From positions 1-25,638 of the IMG/VR virus record IMGVR_UViG_3300005662_000208: a stretch of 25,638 nucleotides of DNA. One strand, written 5' to 3'. Made by a program: the position numbers and the translations under genes. This stretch comes from a virus. Taxonomy: Duplodnaviria > Caudoviricetes. The notes beneath the pieces are model-generated. The model was not told the DNA's origin. It saw only the letters and a program-made list of their open reading frames with translations, and searched no databases. Below, in pieces: positions 1 to 9,349 of this stretch (position 1 is its first letter; each line of letters opens with the position of its first letter).

Positions 1-62
1 AAAGTTTGAGTAAAATCAGTACCAGCATTTACAACTAAGTTATTGACGTAAACTGCTGCCAT
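1..62 (-). CDS. 5' part of a small cyanophage virion structural protein (runs off window edge)
   Basis: ATG at 62-60 translates MAAVYVNNLVVNAGTDFTQTF. This N-terminal pattern (AVYVxNL/IxI/VxxGxDFxxxF) is typical of small structural proteins of T4-like cyanophages. A TATAAATA late promoter lies 22 nt upstream. Confidence 0.75.
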   Translation of the reverse strand, partial: MAAVYVNNLVVNAGTDFTQT

Positions 63-84
63 TTATTTTATAAGATCTACTTCT

Positions 85-92
85 TATTTATA
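85..92 (-). promoter_or_regulatory. T4-type late promoter (gp55 sigma) TATAAATA
   Basis: Plus strand tatttata at 85-92 is the exact consensus on the minus strand, in an intergenic gap just upstream of an ATG. Confidence 0.8.
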
Positions 93-106
93 CTTTCAAT
101 TATCAT

Positions 107-271
107 TCATTTAATAGTCAGTAAAACCTCCTGCTGTTTTAAATATAACTTGCAGTAAAGTTTTGCAAATTTTTTCAATTCACTATGATCCAGTTCATCA
201 ATTAAACGAGCATGCTTTTCATATTCAAACAATTTGTTTATAGATTCCAATTCAATTTCATTTGGTTCCAT
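107..271 (-). CDS. 54-aa helical protein, NblA-like (candidate phycobilisome degradation adaptor)
   Basis: Manually translated: MEPNEIELESINKLFEYEKHARLIDELDHSELKKFAKLYCKLYLKQQEVLLTIK. GGAG lies upstream, the ORF overlaps the upstream gene by 14 nt and fills the intergenic gap. Size and hydrophobic spacing match NblA. The CDS is well supported; the NblA assignment is tentative. Confidence 0.6.
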   Translation of the reverse strand: MEPNEIELESINKLFEYEKHARLIDELDHSELKKFAKLYCKLYLKQQEVLLTIK

Positions 272-458
272 TTAATATCTCCATAAGTAAAGATTTAATT
301 TCTGATATATCATTTTTTATTTTTTCAATCTCATTTTTTTGAACTTCCTTATTGGATTTCATAATCATATATTGATTATATGCAATAGAATCGCAATTAA
401 TTATTGCTCCAGTTCTTTCATCTCTATATAAATTTGAATGTCCTTCTACTGGTATCAT
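258..458 (-). CDS. Conserved cyanophage hypothetical protein (66 aa, C-terminal coiled coil)
   Basis: IPVEGHxNLYRDxxTGAIIN motif and heptad C-terminus (EIEKIKNDISEIKSLL). Coupled to the upstream gene by a TAATG stop/start overlap at 456-460. Confidence 0.8.
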   Translation of the reverse strand: MIPVEGHSNLYRDERTGAIINCDSIAYNQYMIMKSNKEVQKNEIEKIKNDISEIKSLLMEILNGTK

Positions 459-3400
459 TATGCTAAAGCAATTGCCCTCAAATCTTTAAATCTTGGTGGT
501 TGGGATTGATCTGTCCCAGACATCACGATCTTAATTATATATCCAGTAAAAGGTCCTAAATTGTTTACACTGTACTCATACTCCAAAAACTGATTTTCTT
601 GACTTGCTGGAACAAAAGAATCTGGTAGTCCACTATTCTTAGACTGATCTACAACATTAAGGAATCCATCTTGATTACTATCAATAGTTAAATTATCATA
701 TCCTGGGAACAATTCAAATGTTGGTTCAACCTCACTTGAATCTGGGCGAATTAAAGCATATAAAACTCTAAAATCTGATGTAAAATGTCTATATGCACTT
801 AAAATAACTTTAAGTGAAGTTGCTGATTGTGTTAATGCCACTGTATTTGACACATAACTAGCCGCATGTGGATCATTAAGAATTCCATTTACTCTATTAT
901 CAGTAGTATAGTTTGATATTGGTGAATTTAATCTATTATTAAATAACTCAACAGAAGTTTCTTTCCAAAAAATCATAGGAGATATATTTGGATCCTTTGT
1001 CTCTAAGTCAACTTTTAAAGTAAAAGACTTATTTCGCAATAAAGAATCAAGATATTCTTCCTCATTAACATCGGAAGAAACAATTCTAACTGAGTTCAAT
1101 TTATTTTCAACTCCAAGTTCTACAGGTTCATATCCTTGATCCTCAAATGGAGTTTCATTCCCACTTACACTAGTCCCACTTACAGTTCTAATTTGTGCAT
1201 TAACCGATGTTAAAGGTCCTGGATTAAGTAGTGAAACATGGGGATTGACACTAATAAACTGAATATTTTCAGTTGCTTTTACAAGTTGACCTCCACAAGA
1301 AACTTCTTGGTTGAAAGAAATTTGTGGGTAATTAGTAGGTGTATTATCGGATGATCTATCCACCCCGTTAGTTGCTCTATTAATCTCAATAAAATATCCA
1401 TCCATATCAATATTAGTATTACTTATATTGTGGGTAGTATTAATTCTTCTTAAAGAAACTCCCCCAATTTCATACTTGTAAACGTTGGCGTTTATATCAT
1501 GATCGGTTACTAGTGTTGAATCTATTCCCCTATTAGTAATACTTAAAAATCCACTGCCAACATTATTATATTCAATAATTTCATTATCAATCTTTATATA
1601 ACCTAGATTATTTACATCTACTACCTTTCCTTCAAAAACTCCCAAATTTTCTGTTGAAGCTACACTTACTGTTGCTTGCTGTAAAGAAACTGGTTGTGTT
1701 AATAATACTGGTGCTAAATCAGATTCAACATCATATACCACTACCTTATTTACACTAGAATTCATTCCGTGTTCTGGATGATTAACTCTAAAGAAATTTC
1801 CTGAGTAGAATGACCCAACTGGAGTAGAACTTGTTATAGTAGTGCTAGACAAAGATACTAGTGTTCCTGAGTTATCAAAGTATAGTAAATTGCCGGCAAA
1901 AGAATTTCCTTGAACATTGGAAAGGTATAGTGTATCAATTCCAGTTCCAATACCAGTGATAGTAAGTCTTGCATCATTGCCAGTCGGAGGACTTACTGTT
2001 GATGTCACTACACCAACTACATCACCGACACTATATCCACTTCCTGGATTTACTACAGTTGCAATTCCAATAATTCCATTAGTTGCGGTAATATTTAACG
2101 TGAGATTTTTCCCAGATCCAGTAATGTTATAAGTTTCTACAACTCCAGAAGAATAATTAAACCCACCAGTAGTAACTCCCGTTGTCGAAGTTGAACTTCC
2201 AGTCCCAACTATAAATCCATAATTATAATTATTTGACGATCCAGAAACTCTTCTTCCATTACTTAAAATGTTGATTAGTGAAGAATTAAATACTGTAGTA
2301 ATTCCTAATGAAATCTGTCTGGGGAATATTGTTATTGGATTTGATTGTAGTGTAGGAACATAACTGTTACTTTCATCTAATTTTGGATTATGGAATAAAA
2401 CACTTCCATTTGTTGATGTAAATTTGCTCTTATACAGTTTAAATTTCAAATCTTGATATTGATTTGCTGACCAAATAGATCCATTCTGTGATTTAAATAG
2501 ACTTCCAATGGCAAATTGTTTTGAATATCTTTCAACTTGAGAATCTGGGAGGAATGCAGTTTCTATAGTTTTTTCTCCCATTTCAGCAATCCAAACTTCA
2601 TACTGATCACTTTGAGGGGCTAACATAACTATTGCATATTCTTTATTTGGTTCTAAGTAAATTGGATATTCAAAAGTTACTTTTGTTGGAACCGATGCAT
2701 CATCAGATATTGAAATATCTTCTGGATTTAATACTGTAGGTTTTCCTAAAACATTACGAGTTGGAGTTCCCAGTTCCATCGTTCTAACTTCAACAGTTAA
2801 AGGTGCATTATTAGGATCTTTACTTGCAAAAAACACATCTACTGCAGTTAAATAAACTCCGTTAGCATCCTCATTTGGTTTATTACCACTTTGCTCTTCA
2901 GTTAATCCCCCAACACTAAAAGATTGTGCTAGTGGATCAGTAAACACAGTAACTGTAGTAATTCTAGTAATATTTCTTCTTCTCACTTCCCATGTTCCTT
3001 CAGATCTATAAATAGTCTCCCCAGAAGAAATAAGAGTGCTTCCTGGTAAAGGAGTTGCATTTGTTGAACTAGATGATAATTTATAAACCTTAGAACCAGT
3101 AGAAATTCTAACAGCAGGTGGTGGAGAAGTATTTGGATCTCTTAAGAAAAATGAACCAGACAAAAATCCGTTAATATCGCTAATTAATCTAAGATCTTTT
3201 ACATATGAAACGGCACCGCTTGTCTGTCCGATTAACTTCATTCCAACTGTAAGATATCCTGAATAGAGACCTTGAGCTTGAATACATAAGGAATCAATAT
3301 CAACATTTAAAACCTTAGAAGAGGAGCTATAATTTGCTGAAATAAATTCAGAACTAAAGTATGGGTTTCTTGTAAAAATTGAACTAGGATTGTTAAAATT

Positions 3401-6400
3401 TCCCTTTTTATGATTTGATGTTGCAACTCTAAATTTAATTAATTCCACACCATTAACTGATCCTATTACAGTCTCGCCTACAATGAAAGAAGCAGAAGAT
3501 CCATAATTTTGTAAAGATTGATTGCTAGAAATTTCTATGAGTTTTGGAATGAAATTTACACCACTATTTCCATCTAAAAATTGATAATATCTAGTTAAAG
3601 GTTTTAAATTTGTAGCAGTAAATCCAGTATTTCTGGAACGCATATAAATTTCATTACCCGCACCTAATAGGGTTTCTTGGAATATTTCTCTGGTTGTTGG
3701 TGGTGGAAGTGTATTTGGAACAATTTGCCACCATCCTCTTCTTGCAAAAAGAAATCTGAGAAAAGGAATAACGATGAATGGGAAACGGCGTGGAGGTGCC
3801 GGCACCCAAACTCTACTCGTCGGAAGAGGTCCAGCAACAGTTTCTGTTCTTTCTTCTACGACAGCATCTGGGAGTCTAATTGTTCTTGTCCAACTATCAC
3901 TTTCTGGATTTAACTTTATTGTTCCATTATATGAAATAACATTAAATGGGTTTACATTTTCAACTCTTGTTGCAAAATTTTGTGATATCCACTCTATAGA
4001 TTCATACTTTAAACTTATTACATCACCAGATTTTTGTACATTGGGATCGAACAAACTGAAGTTAGATTCTAAATCTATACTTTCATCCGTTATATTTTCG
4101 GAAGAAACTGGTTTTAAATCAATACTATTTCTAGATACTATTGGACGCATTTCACTTTGATTAGTGTCAACTTCAATAGAAGAAACTCTCAAATTAATCA
4201 AATTGCTATCTCTAAAATCATCTACAAAAAATCCAGTTTTAAACCTATTCAATCCTTGTGCGTCTTGAATTTGTAAAGTCTGTGTATTTAATTCTAGTAG
4301 TGATAGGGAAGTTACTCTTTCTAGATTTTCTACTCTATCTTCAATTTTTCCAATATCTCTCATTGTATATCTTCTATTTTCTGCAACTGATATACTGGAT
4401 TGCTTTGGATCATAAAGATATGGAGGCAACAGTATAGTTGCTATTTCCATTACACCATCTGGTTTAGTTGGTTCTTTTGGATCTAATGCTGGAGTTCCTT
4501 GAATAACAGAAAAAACACCATATCTATCAAGATACAACTTATCAATCCGCCCCAAATAAAAATCATATCCAATTAAAGCACTTTCATTAGGTGACATTAT
4601 AATCTTAGGTTCATCTACAAATGTTCTAGATGAAAAATCAAACGGAGATGAAGAAGAACCAGAGAAAACAGATACTCTTGGTCTAAAGTCCAAAATATCA
4701 GTTACTCTTTGCTGCCTATTTCTACCAACATTTGCAATATCCGAAGAAAATCTCTGTATTGAATAACTATTTGCAGTAAATAGATCACCATTATCTCCGG
4801 AAGGAACTGAATAGTAATCAAATACTACTAAGAGTTGCCTAGAAGGTGAAGATTCTCCAGAATTTCTTACCAGTTTTGAATAATCATAATATTGTTCCTT
4901 TTGCCCACGATCTAATGAAAATTTGTTTGTTACGTCTCTATAAATTCCATTTATAATAGAAGATATATCCGTATTAATATTTGACTCCTCAAAGGTTACA
5001 GTTTCATTTGGTAAAAATCTATTTTTGTTTAGGTAAACAACACCTAAAGTATTTGCAGATGGTTTTGATACGACTCTAGCGACAGTGTTGCTATTATTTC
5101 CGATAATATTTTCACCAATAATGACATTAGTGTTTACATTTACTGCTGAACTGAAAGTAATTTTATCTAAAACTGGTTGACTTGTATTTAAAGATTCGTA
5201 TACGCAAATAATTTTAGATACATCTGGATAATTAAGACTTATTTCTTCGTCCTGTACCCTTAATCCATAATATTGATTATATACTAATCCATCATTAGTG
5301 GAAGTATTAATACCAGTACCAGACTGAGGATCTTTTGAATAAGTTACATTGATAGTTTTTGATTTATTAAATTGTTTTGACTTACTTTGAACTCCATTCT
5401 TAACAAATGTAGCATTTATAACTGCTATTTGAGTGTTGGAACTAAGGTTTGAAAAAGTAACCTGATCTGCATTTACACTTATAGAAACTTTATCTGGGGT
5501 TAAATTTTCAATACTTCCATTTGAATAGAAAATAGAATATCTTTCTTCATCAAAGGCTTCAAATTTTGCTAAGGTTGAATTAGTTCCTAAATCAAAATCT
5601 TGAAGATTTACAGTTAAACTGTTTGCCGTTGGTGTAAATGTTGTATTTGATTGTGCGGAAAAAGTTATAGTGGATGAGGATAAATCAACTGATGCAATAT
5701 TAGAATTTGGCAACACAGCATATAAAAATCCTTCTTGCTCATTTCTAATAGCAGAAACTCCCAGAGAATATGAACCACTGAATTGTGTAGTAGGAAGTGA
5801 TCCATTACAAATTCCATTAACAGCATTGACTCCCGCTAGAGTCATGGATGTTAATGAGGGAGATACTGATATTACTCTATTATAAGTTTCTGTAGATAAT
5901 CCTGCTACTTGATACCTAATTATACTGTTTGGTGTTATATTACTAAATGAAAATGGTGATGATACAGTAGCTGTACTTATTCCTCCACTACCAGCAGATA
6001 TTGTGATAATTTCTTGACGACGAATTCTATTAAGTTGCGTATCACATAAGAAAGAAGTATTAAATCCAGAAATAGATGTTGGTTGATGAATAGACTTAAT
6101 ATCTTCTGGCGTATAAACTTTAATTGAAGAGATACTAAATGAATATAAATCAGATCCATTTACTAAAATTTGTTCTCCAACAAAAAAGTTCCCCGAAGTT
6201 TGACTAACAACTAGTGAAGTAGTGTTTGATCCTGCATAAACTGCATATCCAATCGCACCACTATTTTTTCCTTTTATATAAGAAGTTGCTGGTATTTCTG
6301 TGGAAGATGCAGATCTATTTAAAGTTATTTCAGTATAAGTCTGTATGTCATATAAGTATAAATCCCAATTAGTATTACTTCCAGTATAAGCAGCATCAGT

Positions 6401-7723
6401 TAAATTAAAATTATAAATTCTTGCAGATCCAATAGTTGTTCCTGCTGCAACATTTGTGCTATTTTTTCTTAAATTTTGAAAATATAATACTTCTTTTTGT
6501 TTAGCTGCTCCAGTTGCATTATTTACTCTTATTAAATTTCCCATTTCGAAGGGAATATTTGTTGAGGAAACAGTTTGTGTGGTTCTCGGCTTGTTTATGT
6601 CAATAATCTCAACTCCAGTTTTTTCAATATCATATCCCCTGACATACGCCTTTCCTGGAGAAATTTTTAGACAATACAAATCATCTGATGGTGTATTTCC
6701 TTGATTAGTTTTTTCTGTATCAAAAAATATACCGTCATTTCCAAGTCTATTATTTAAAGAATTATTAACCGAACATTGGAAAGGAATTACAGAATAATCA
6801 CCAGATTCGTCATATGTTCTTTGAGCTAGATAATCTTTTATAATATTATAATTAGTTCTTGCCTCTAATTTTTGAAGTCCACCATCTTTAACTCTTAATA
6901 TTTCTATAAAATCAGTATCATTAGTATCTGTTAACAGTTTTTTCGTTAAAGTTAAAGAAATTTTAAATCTATCGGCTCCGGGTGCAGCATAGTTTGTAAA
7001 TCCTTTTGCATTATCATACAATGTAGGATCATCTTTTGCACTTATAATTTGCTCTTCTACACGTAAACCAACTCTGTATGATGGTGTATTAGTATAGTAA
7101 TCTAAGATTATTGTTTGCTTTCCAACCTTAACAAAACAACCTCTAACAAAAAAGACTCCTTCGCCAATAGAAACTGCAGATCCAACAGATGTTGAAGAAG
7201 ATGAAATAGGAGTTGCAAAAGGTGTATTCCCAGATATAGTACCTACTGTTTCATCCGCATAAAGTGGTTCCCCATCTAGAAAAGGATTTATTTCAAAATT
7301 TGAATCTGATTGAAGATATTTTACATAAATTGTTGGATATTCTACCTCAGAATTTGTTAGTTGAACGTACTGTATGGTTGCAGTAACGCCAGATATTTGT
7401 CCGGTAATCTTTTTACCTACGAATTCACTTAAATAAGAACTAATATTTACACCATATTGTTGTTCGTTTAATTTTACAGAGTAAAATTGATTATCAAAAG
7501 AAATGTTTCCTGGAATTACTAAAGAACCCTCTTTAAAGATATGACTTCCAAAGGTTTCTATTTGATTTTGTAATATAGATTGGAGTGTATTTAATTCCCT
7601 AGTTTGAATAGGTCTTCCTGGATTAAACAGGACTTTATAATAGTTTTTATCCCTAGCTCCCGAATCTTTTTCGGAAAAGTCATCATAGTATGGGCTTATG
7701 TTGAGATTAGTTTTTTGAGACAT
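458..7723 (-). CDS. Large virion structural protein, DUF4815 / VrlC-like (2421 aa)
   Basis: N-terminus TNLNISPYYDDF...YYKVLFNPGRPIQTRELNTLQSILQNQIE, plus APGADRFKI, RTYDESGDY, RRYTMRDIGKIEDRVENLE, RFKTGFFVDDF, DPLAQSF and C-terminal PRFKDLRAIALA. Follows gp8, as in T4-like cyanophages. Confidence 0.88.
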   Translation of the reverse strand: MSQKTNLNISPYYDDFSEKDSGARDKNYYKVLFNPGRPIQTRELNTLQSILQNQIETFGSHIFKEGSLVIPGNISFDNQFYSVKLNEQQYGVNISSYLSEFVGKKITGQISGVTATIQYVQLTNSEVEYPTIYVKYLQSDSNFEINPFLDGEPLYADETVGTISGNTPFATPISSSSTSVGSAVSIGEGVFFVRGCFVKVGKQTIILDYYTNTPSYRVGLRVEEQIISAKDDPTLYDNAKGFTNYAAPGADRFKISLTLTKKLLTDTNDTDFIEILRVKDGGLQKLEARTNYNIIKDYLAQRTYDESGDYSVIPFQCSVNNSLNNRLGNDGIFFDTEKTNQGNTPSDDLYCLKISPGKAYVRGYDIEKTGVEIIDINKPRTTQTVSSTNIPFEMGNLIRVNNATGAAKQKEVLYFQNLRKNSTNVAAGTTIGSARIYNFNLTDAAYTGSNTNWDLYLYDIQTYTEITLNRSASSTEIPATSYIKGKNSGAIGYAVYAGSNTTSLVVSQTSGNFFVGEQILVNGSDLYSFSISSIKVYTPEDIKSIHQPTSISGFNTSFLCDTQLNRIRRQEIITISAGSGGISTATVSSPFSFSNITPNSIIRYQVAGLSTETYNRVISVSPSLTSMTLAGVNAVNGICNGSLPTTQFSGSYSLGVSAIRNEQEGFLYAVLPNSNIASVDLSSSTITFSAQSNTTFTPTANSLTVNLQDFDLGTNSTLAKFEAFDEERYSIFYSNGSIENLTPDKVSISVNADQVTFSNLSSNTQIAVINATFVKNGVQSKSKQFNKSKTINVTYSKDPQSGTGINTSTNDGLVYNQYYGLRVQDEEISLNYPDVSKIICVYESLNTSQPVLDKITFSSAVNVNTNVIIGENIIGNNSNTVARVVSKPSANTLGVVYLNKNRFLPNETVTFEESNINTDISSIINGIYRDVTNKFSLDRGQKEQYYDYSKLVRNSGESSPSRQLLVVFDYYSVPSGDNGDLFTANSYSIQRFSSDIANVGRNRQQRVTDILDFRPRVSVFSGSSSSPFDFSSRTFVDEPKIIMSPNESALIGYDFYLGRIDKLYLDRYGVFSVIQGTPALDPKEPTKPDGVMEIATILLPPYLYDPKQSSISVAENRRYTMRDIGKIEDRVENLERVTSLSLLELNTQTLQIQDAQGLNRFKTGFFVDDFRDSNLINLRVSSIEVDTNQSEMRPIVSRNSIDLKPVSSENITDESIDLESNFSLFDPNVQKSGDVISLKYESIEWISQNFATRVENVNPFNVISYNGTIKLNPESDSWTRTIRLPDAVVEERTETVAGPLPTSRVWVPAPPRRFPFIVIPFLRFLFARRGWWQIVPNTLPPPTTREIFQETLLGAGNEIYMRSRNTGFTATNLKPLTRYYQFLDGNSGVNFIPKLIEISSNQSLQNYGSSASFIVGETVIGSVNGVELIKFRVATSNHKKGNFNNPSSIFTRNPYFSSEFISANYSSSSKVLNVDIDSLCIQAQGLYSGYLTVGMKLIGQTSGAVSYVKDLRLISDINGFLSGSFFLRDPNTSPPPAVRISTGSKVYKLSSSSTNATPLPGSTLISSGETIYRSEGTWEVRRRNITRITTVTVFTDPLAQSFSVGGLTEEQSGNKPNEDANGVYLTAVDVFFASKDPNNAPLTVEVRTMELGTPTRNVLGKPTVLNPEDISISDDASVPTKVTFEYPIYLEPNKEYAIVMLAPQSDQYEVWIAEMGEKTIETAFLPDSQVERYSKQFAIGSLFKSQNGSIWSANQYQDLKFKLYKSKFTSTNGSVLFHNPKLDESNSYVPTLQSNPITIFPRQISLGITTVFNSSLINILSNGRRVSGSSNNYNYGFIVGTGSSTSTTGVTTGGFNYSSGVVETYNITGSGKNLTLNITATNGIIGIATVVNPGSGYSVGDVVGVVTSTVSPPTGNDARLTITGIGTGIDTLYLSNVQGNSFAGNLLYFDNSGTLVSLSSTTITSSTPVGSFYSGNFFRVNHPEHGMNSSVNKVVVYDVESDLAPVLLTQPVSLQQATVSVASTENLGVFEGKVVDVNNLGYIKIDNEIIEYNNVGSGFLSITNRGIDSTLVTDHDINANVYKYEIGGVSLRRINTTHNISNTNIDMDGYFIEINRATNGVDRSSDNTPTNYPQISFNQEVSCGGQLVKATENIQFISVNPHVSLLNPGPLTSVNAQIRTVSGTSVSGNETPFEDQGYEPVELGVENKLNSVRIVSSDVNEEEYLDSLLRNKSFTLKVDLETKDPNISPMIFWKETSVELFNNRLNSPISNYTTDNRVNGILNDPHAASYVSNTVALTQSATSLKVILSAYRHFTSDFRVLYALIRPDSSEVEPTFELFPGYDNLTIDSNQDGFLNVVDQSKNSGLPDSFVPASQENQFLEYEYSVNNLGPFTGYIIKIVMSGTDQSQPPRFKDLRAIALA

Positions 7724-7726
7724 TTC

Positions 7727-9304
7727 TTAGAATTCCAGAATGATTTTAAAATCTTCTACTTGATTAGTGCTTCTCTGTACGGTTGGGCGATTGTCTATGT
7801 AAACTATATCCCCAGACTTATTATTTATCTCTGGTTTAGCCAGTCCATTAGTAAAAGAAACACCCAAATTAACTATTTTATTTGATAATGTAGTTGTAAT
7901 TCCAGTAAATGAACTAACAGATGCAGAAAAACCACCATCAGTTAAAACAGTACCACCAGTTATAAAAGATAAATTAGTATTGTTTGTAGAAAATTGTGAT
8001 GATATTCCAATAGTATCTACATTATTTGTTGCACCACCATAATAAAGTGATCTATCTTGATAGTATTTTAAAACCTTAGTTTCTTTATCATAAGAAGTTA
8101 CCCAACCGTATGCAGTTCCACCAGGAACGGATTGTCTAATTTTATCACCAATTGCAATGGTGTTTTCTTGAATTATTGTGTTTTCATTAAATCTCATGGC
8201 ATAAACTGCTGAGAAGTCATTAGAAGTATAGATATTTTGACTCTCTCCAGAAGCATCATATATTGTTGGATTTTTTAAAATTCCTACTTGAGAAAAAATA
8301 GAATCTATAGGAAATTGTTTTGAGGTATTGTCAAACCTAGAGTAAATTAAAACCTTATCTGTTCCAAGTTCCTGATATACATCAAAACCATGACCCCTAG
8401 AAGGTGGAATAATAGGAATTAATTCTGCTGGTGTTTGGTTAGCAGCAAAACTATTAGTTCCTAAATCTACAGCAGCATAAGTGTAATTTTTTCCTCCCTG
8501 AGTTACAGTTGCATTTGTTATGCTAGTATTTGTAACTTCTATAGAAACTTTTCCACCAGAACCATCACCAACAATATCATAAACCGCCTGTGACGGTAAT
8601 GAATAATTTACTCCAGAATTTTTAATATAAACTTTTTTAATTTGATTATTATTTAAAGAAGAATCTCCATTACTTCTAATTGCGGAAATATTATTATCTG
8701 AGGATGTTTCCCAATCATTAGGTACTACGACATATTCAGTAGAATCAAATTTTATAATATCACTTGGGGAAATAGAATACAAGTATTTCCAAGAATACCC
8801 ATCAGTATATTTTACTGGTTCAAAATCAGTGTGTGTTGGTTCTATAAGTGATGCATTTCCAGTATAATTTGAAGAATTGGTGGATCCAGAAGAACCATTA
8901 TCTATACATATGTAAACTTTATATTCAGAATTAATAACATAGTATAATGCATCATATAATCTTAATGAATTTGTAACTGGAGATGGATTTAAAACACTAT
9001 AATCATTTCTATACATCTCATATTTTTGTCCAGAAACCCAAGTATTATTTTTTACTACCCTCCTTACGTTAGCACTTGTAATTTTTTTACCATATAAAAT
9101 AGTAGACTTATAATGATTTAAGTAACTAACATTGTCAATAGGGTTTGGAGTATTCGTATCCCAATCACTAGTTCTACCAAATCCAACTCCAGATGCATTA
9201 GATAACCCAACAAATATGTAATAAGAATTATTAGTATTCTTAATAGAATCTATAAAGTTCGATGCATTAAGTATTCTAAATTGATCAGTTACTATTGCAG
9301 CCAT
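7727..9304 (-). CDS. gp8: Baseplate wedge subunit gp8 (525 aa)
   Basis: MAAIVTDQFRILNA start; W...YEMYRNDY; YYVINSEYKVYICIDN; EPTH; DGYSWKYLY; PIIPPSRGHG; C-terminal GDIVYIDNR...QVEDFKIILEF. Follows gp7. Confidence 0.9.
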   Translation of the reverse strand: MAAIVTDQFRILNASNFIDSIKNTNNSYYIFVGLSNASGVGFGRTSDWDTNTPNPIDNVSYLNHYKSTILYGKKITSANVRRVVKNNTWVSGQKYEMYRNDYSVLNPSPVTNSLRLYDALYYVINSEYKVYICIDNGSSGSTNSSNYTGNASLIEPTHTDFEPVKYTDGYSWKYLYSISPSDIIKFDSTEYVVVPNDWETSSDNNISAIRSNGDSSLNNNQIKKVYIKNSGVNYSLPSQAVYDIVGDGSGGKVSIEVTNTSITNATVTQGGKNYTYAAVDLGTNSFAANQTPAELIPIIPPSRGHGFDVYQELGTDKVLIYSRFDNTSKQFPIDSIFSQVGILKNPTIYDASGESQNIYTSNDFSAVYAMRFNENTIIQENTIAIGDKIRQSVPGGTAYGWVTSYDKETKVLKYYQDRSLYYGGATNNVDTIGISSQFSTNNTNLSFITGGTVLTDGGFSASVSSFTGITTTLSNKIVNLGVSFTNGLAKPEINNKSGDIVYIDNRPTVQRSTNQVEDFKIILEF

Positions 9305-9324
9305 TTGGAATATTGTTTTTTTTA

Positions 9325-9332
9325 TATTTATA
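9325..9332 (-). promoter_or_regulatory. T4-type late promoter TATAAATA upstream of gp8
   Basis: Exact consensus in the 45-bp gp7-gp8 intergenic gap. Confidence 0.8.
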
Positions 9333-9349
9333 CCATAATAAAAAGATCT

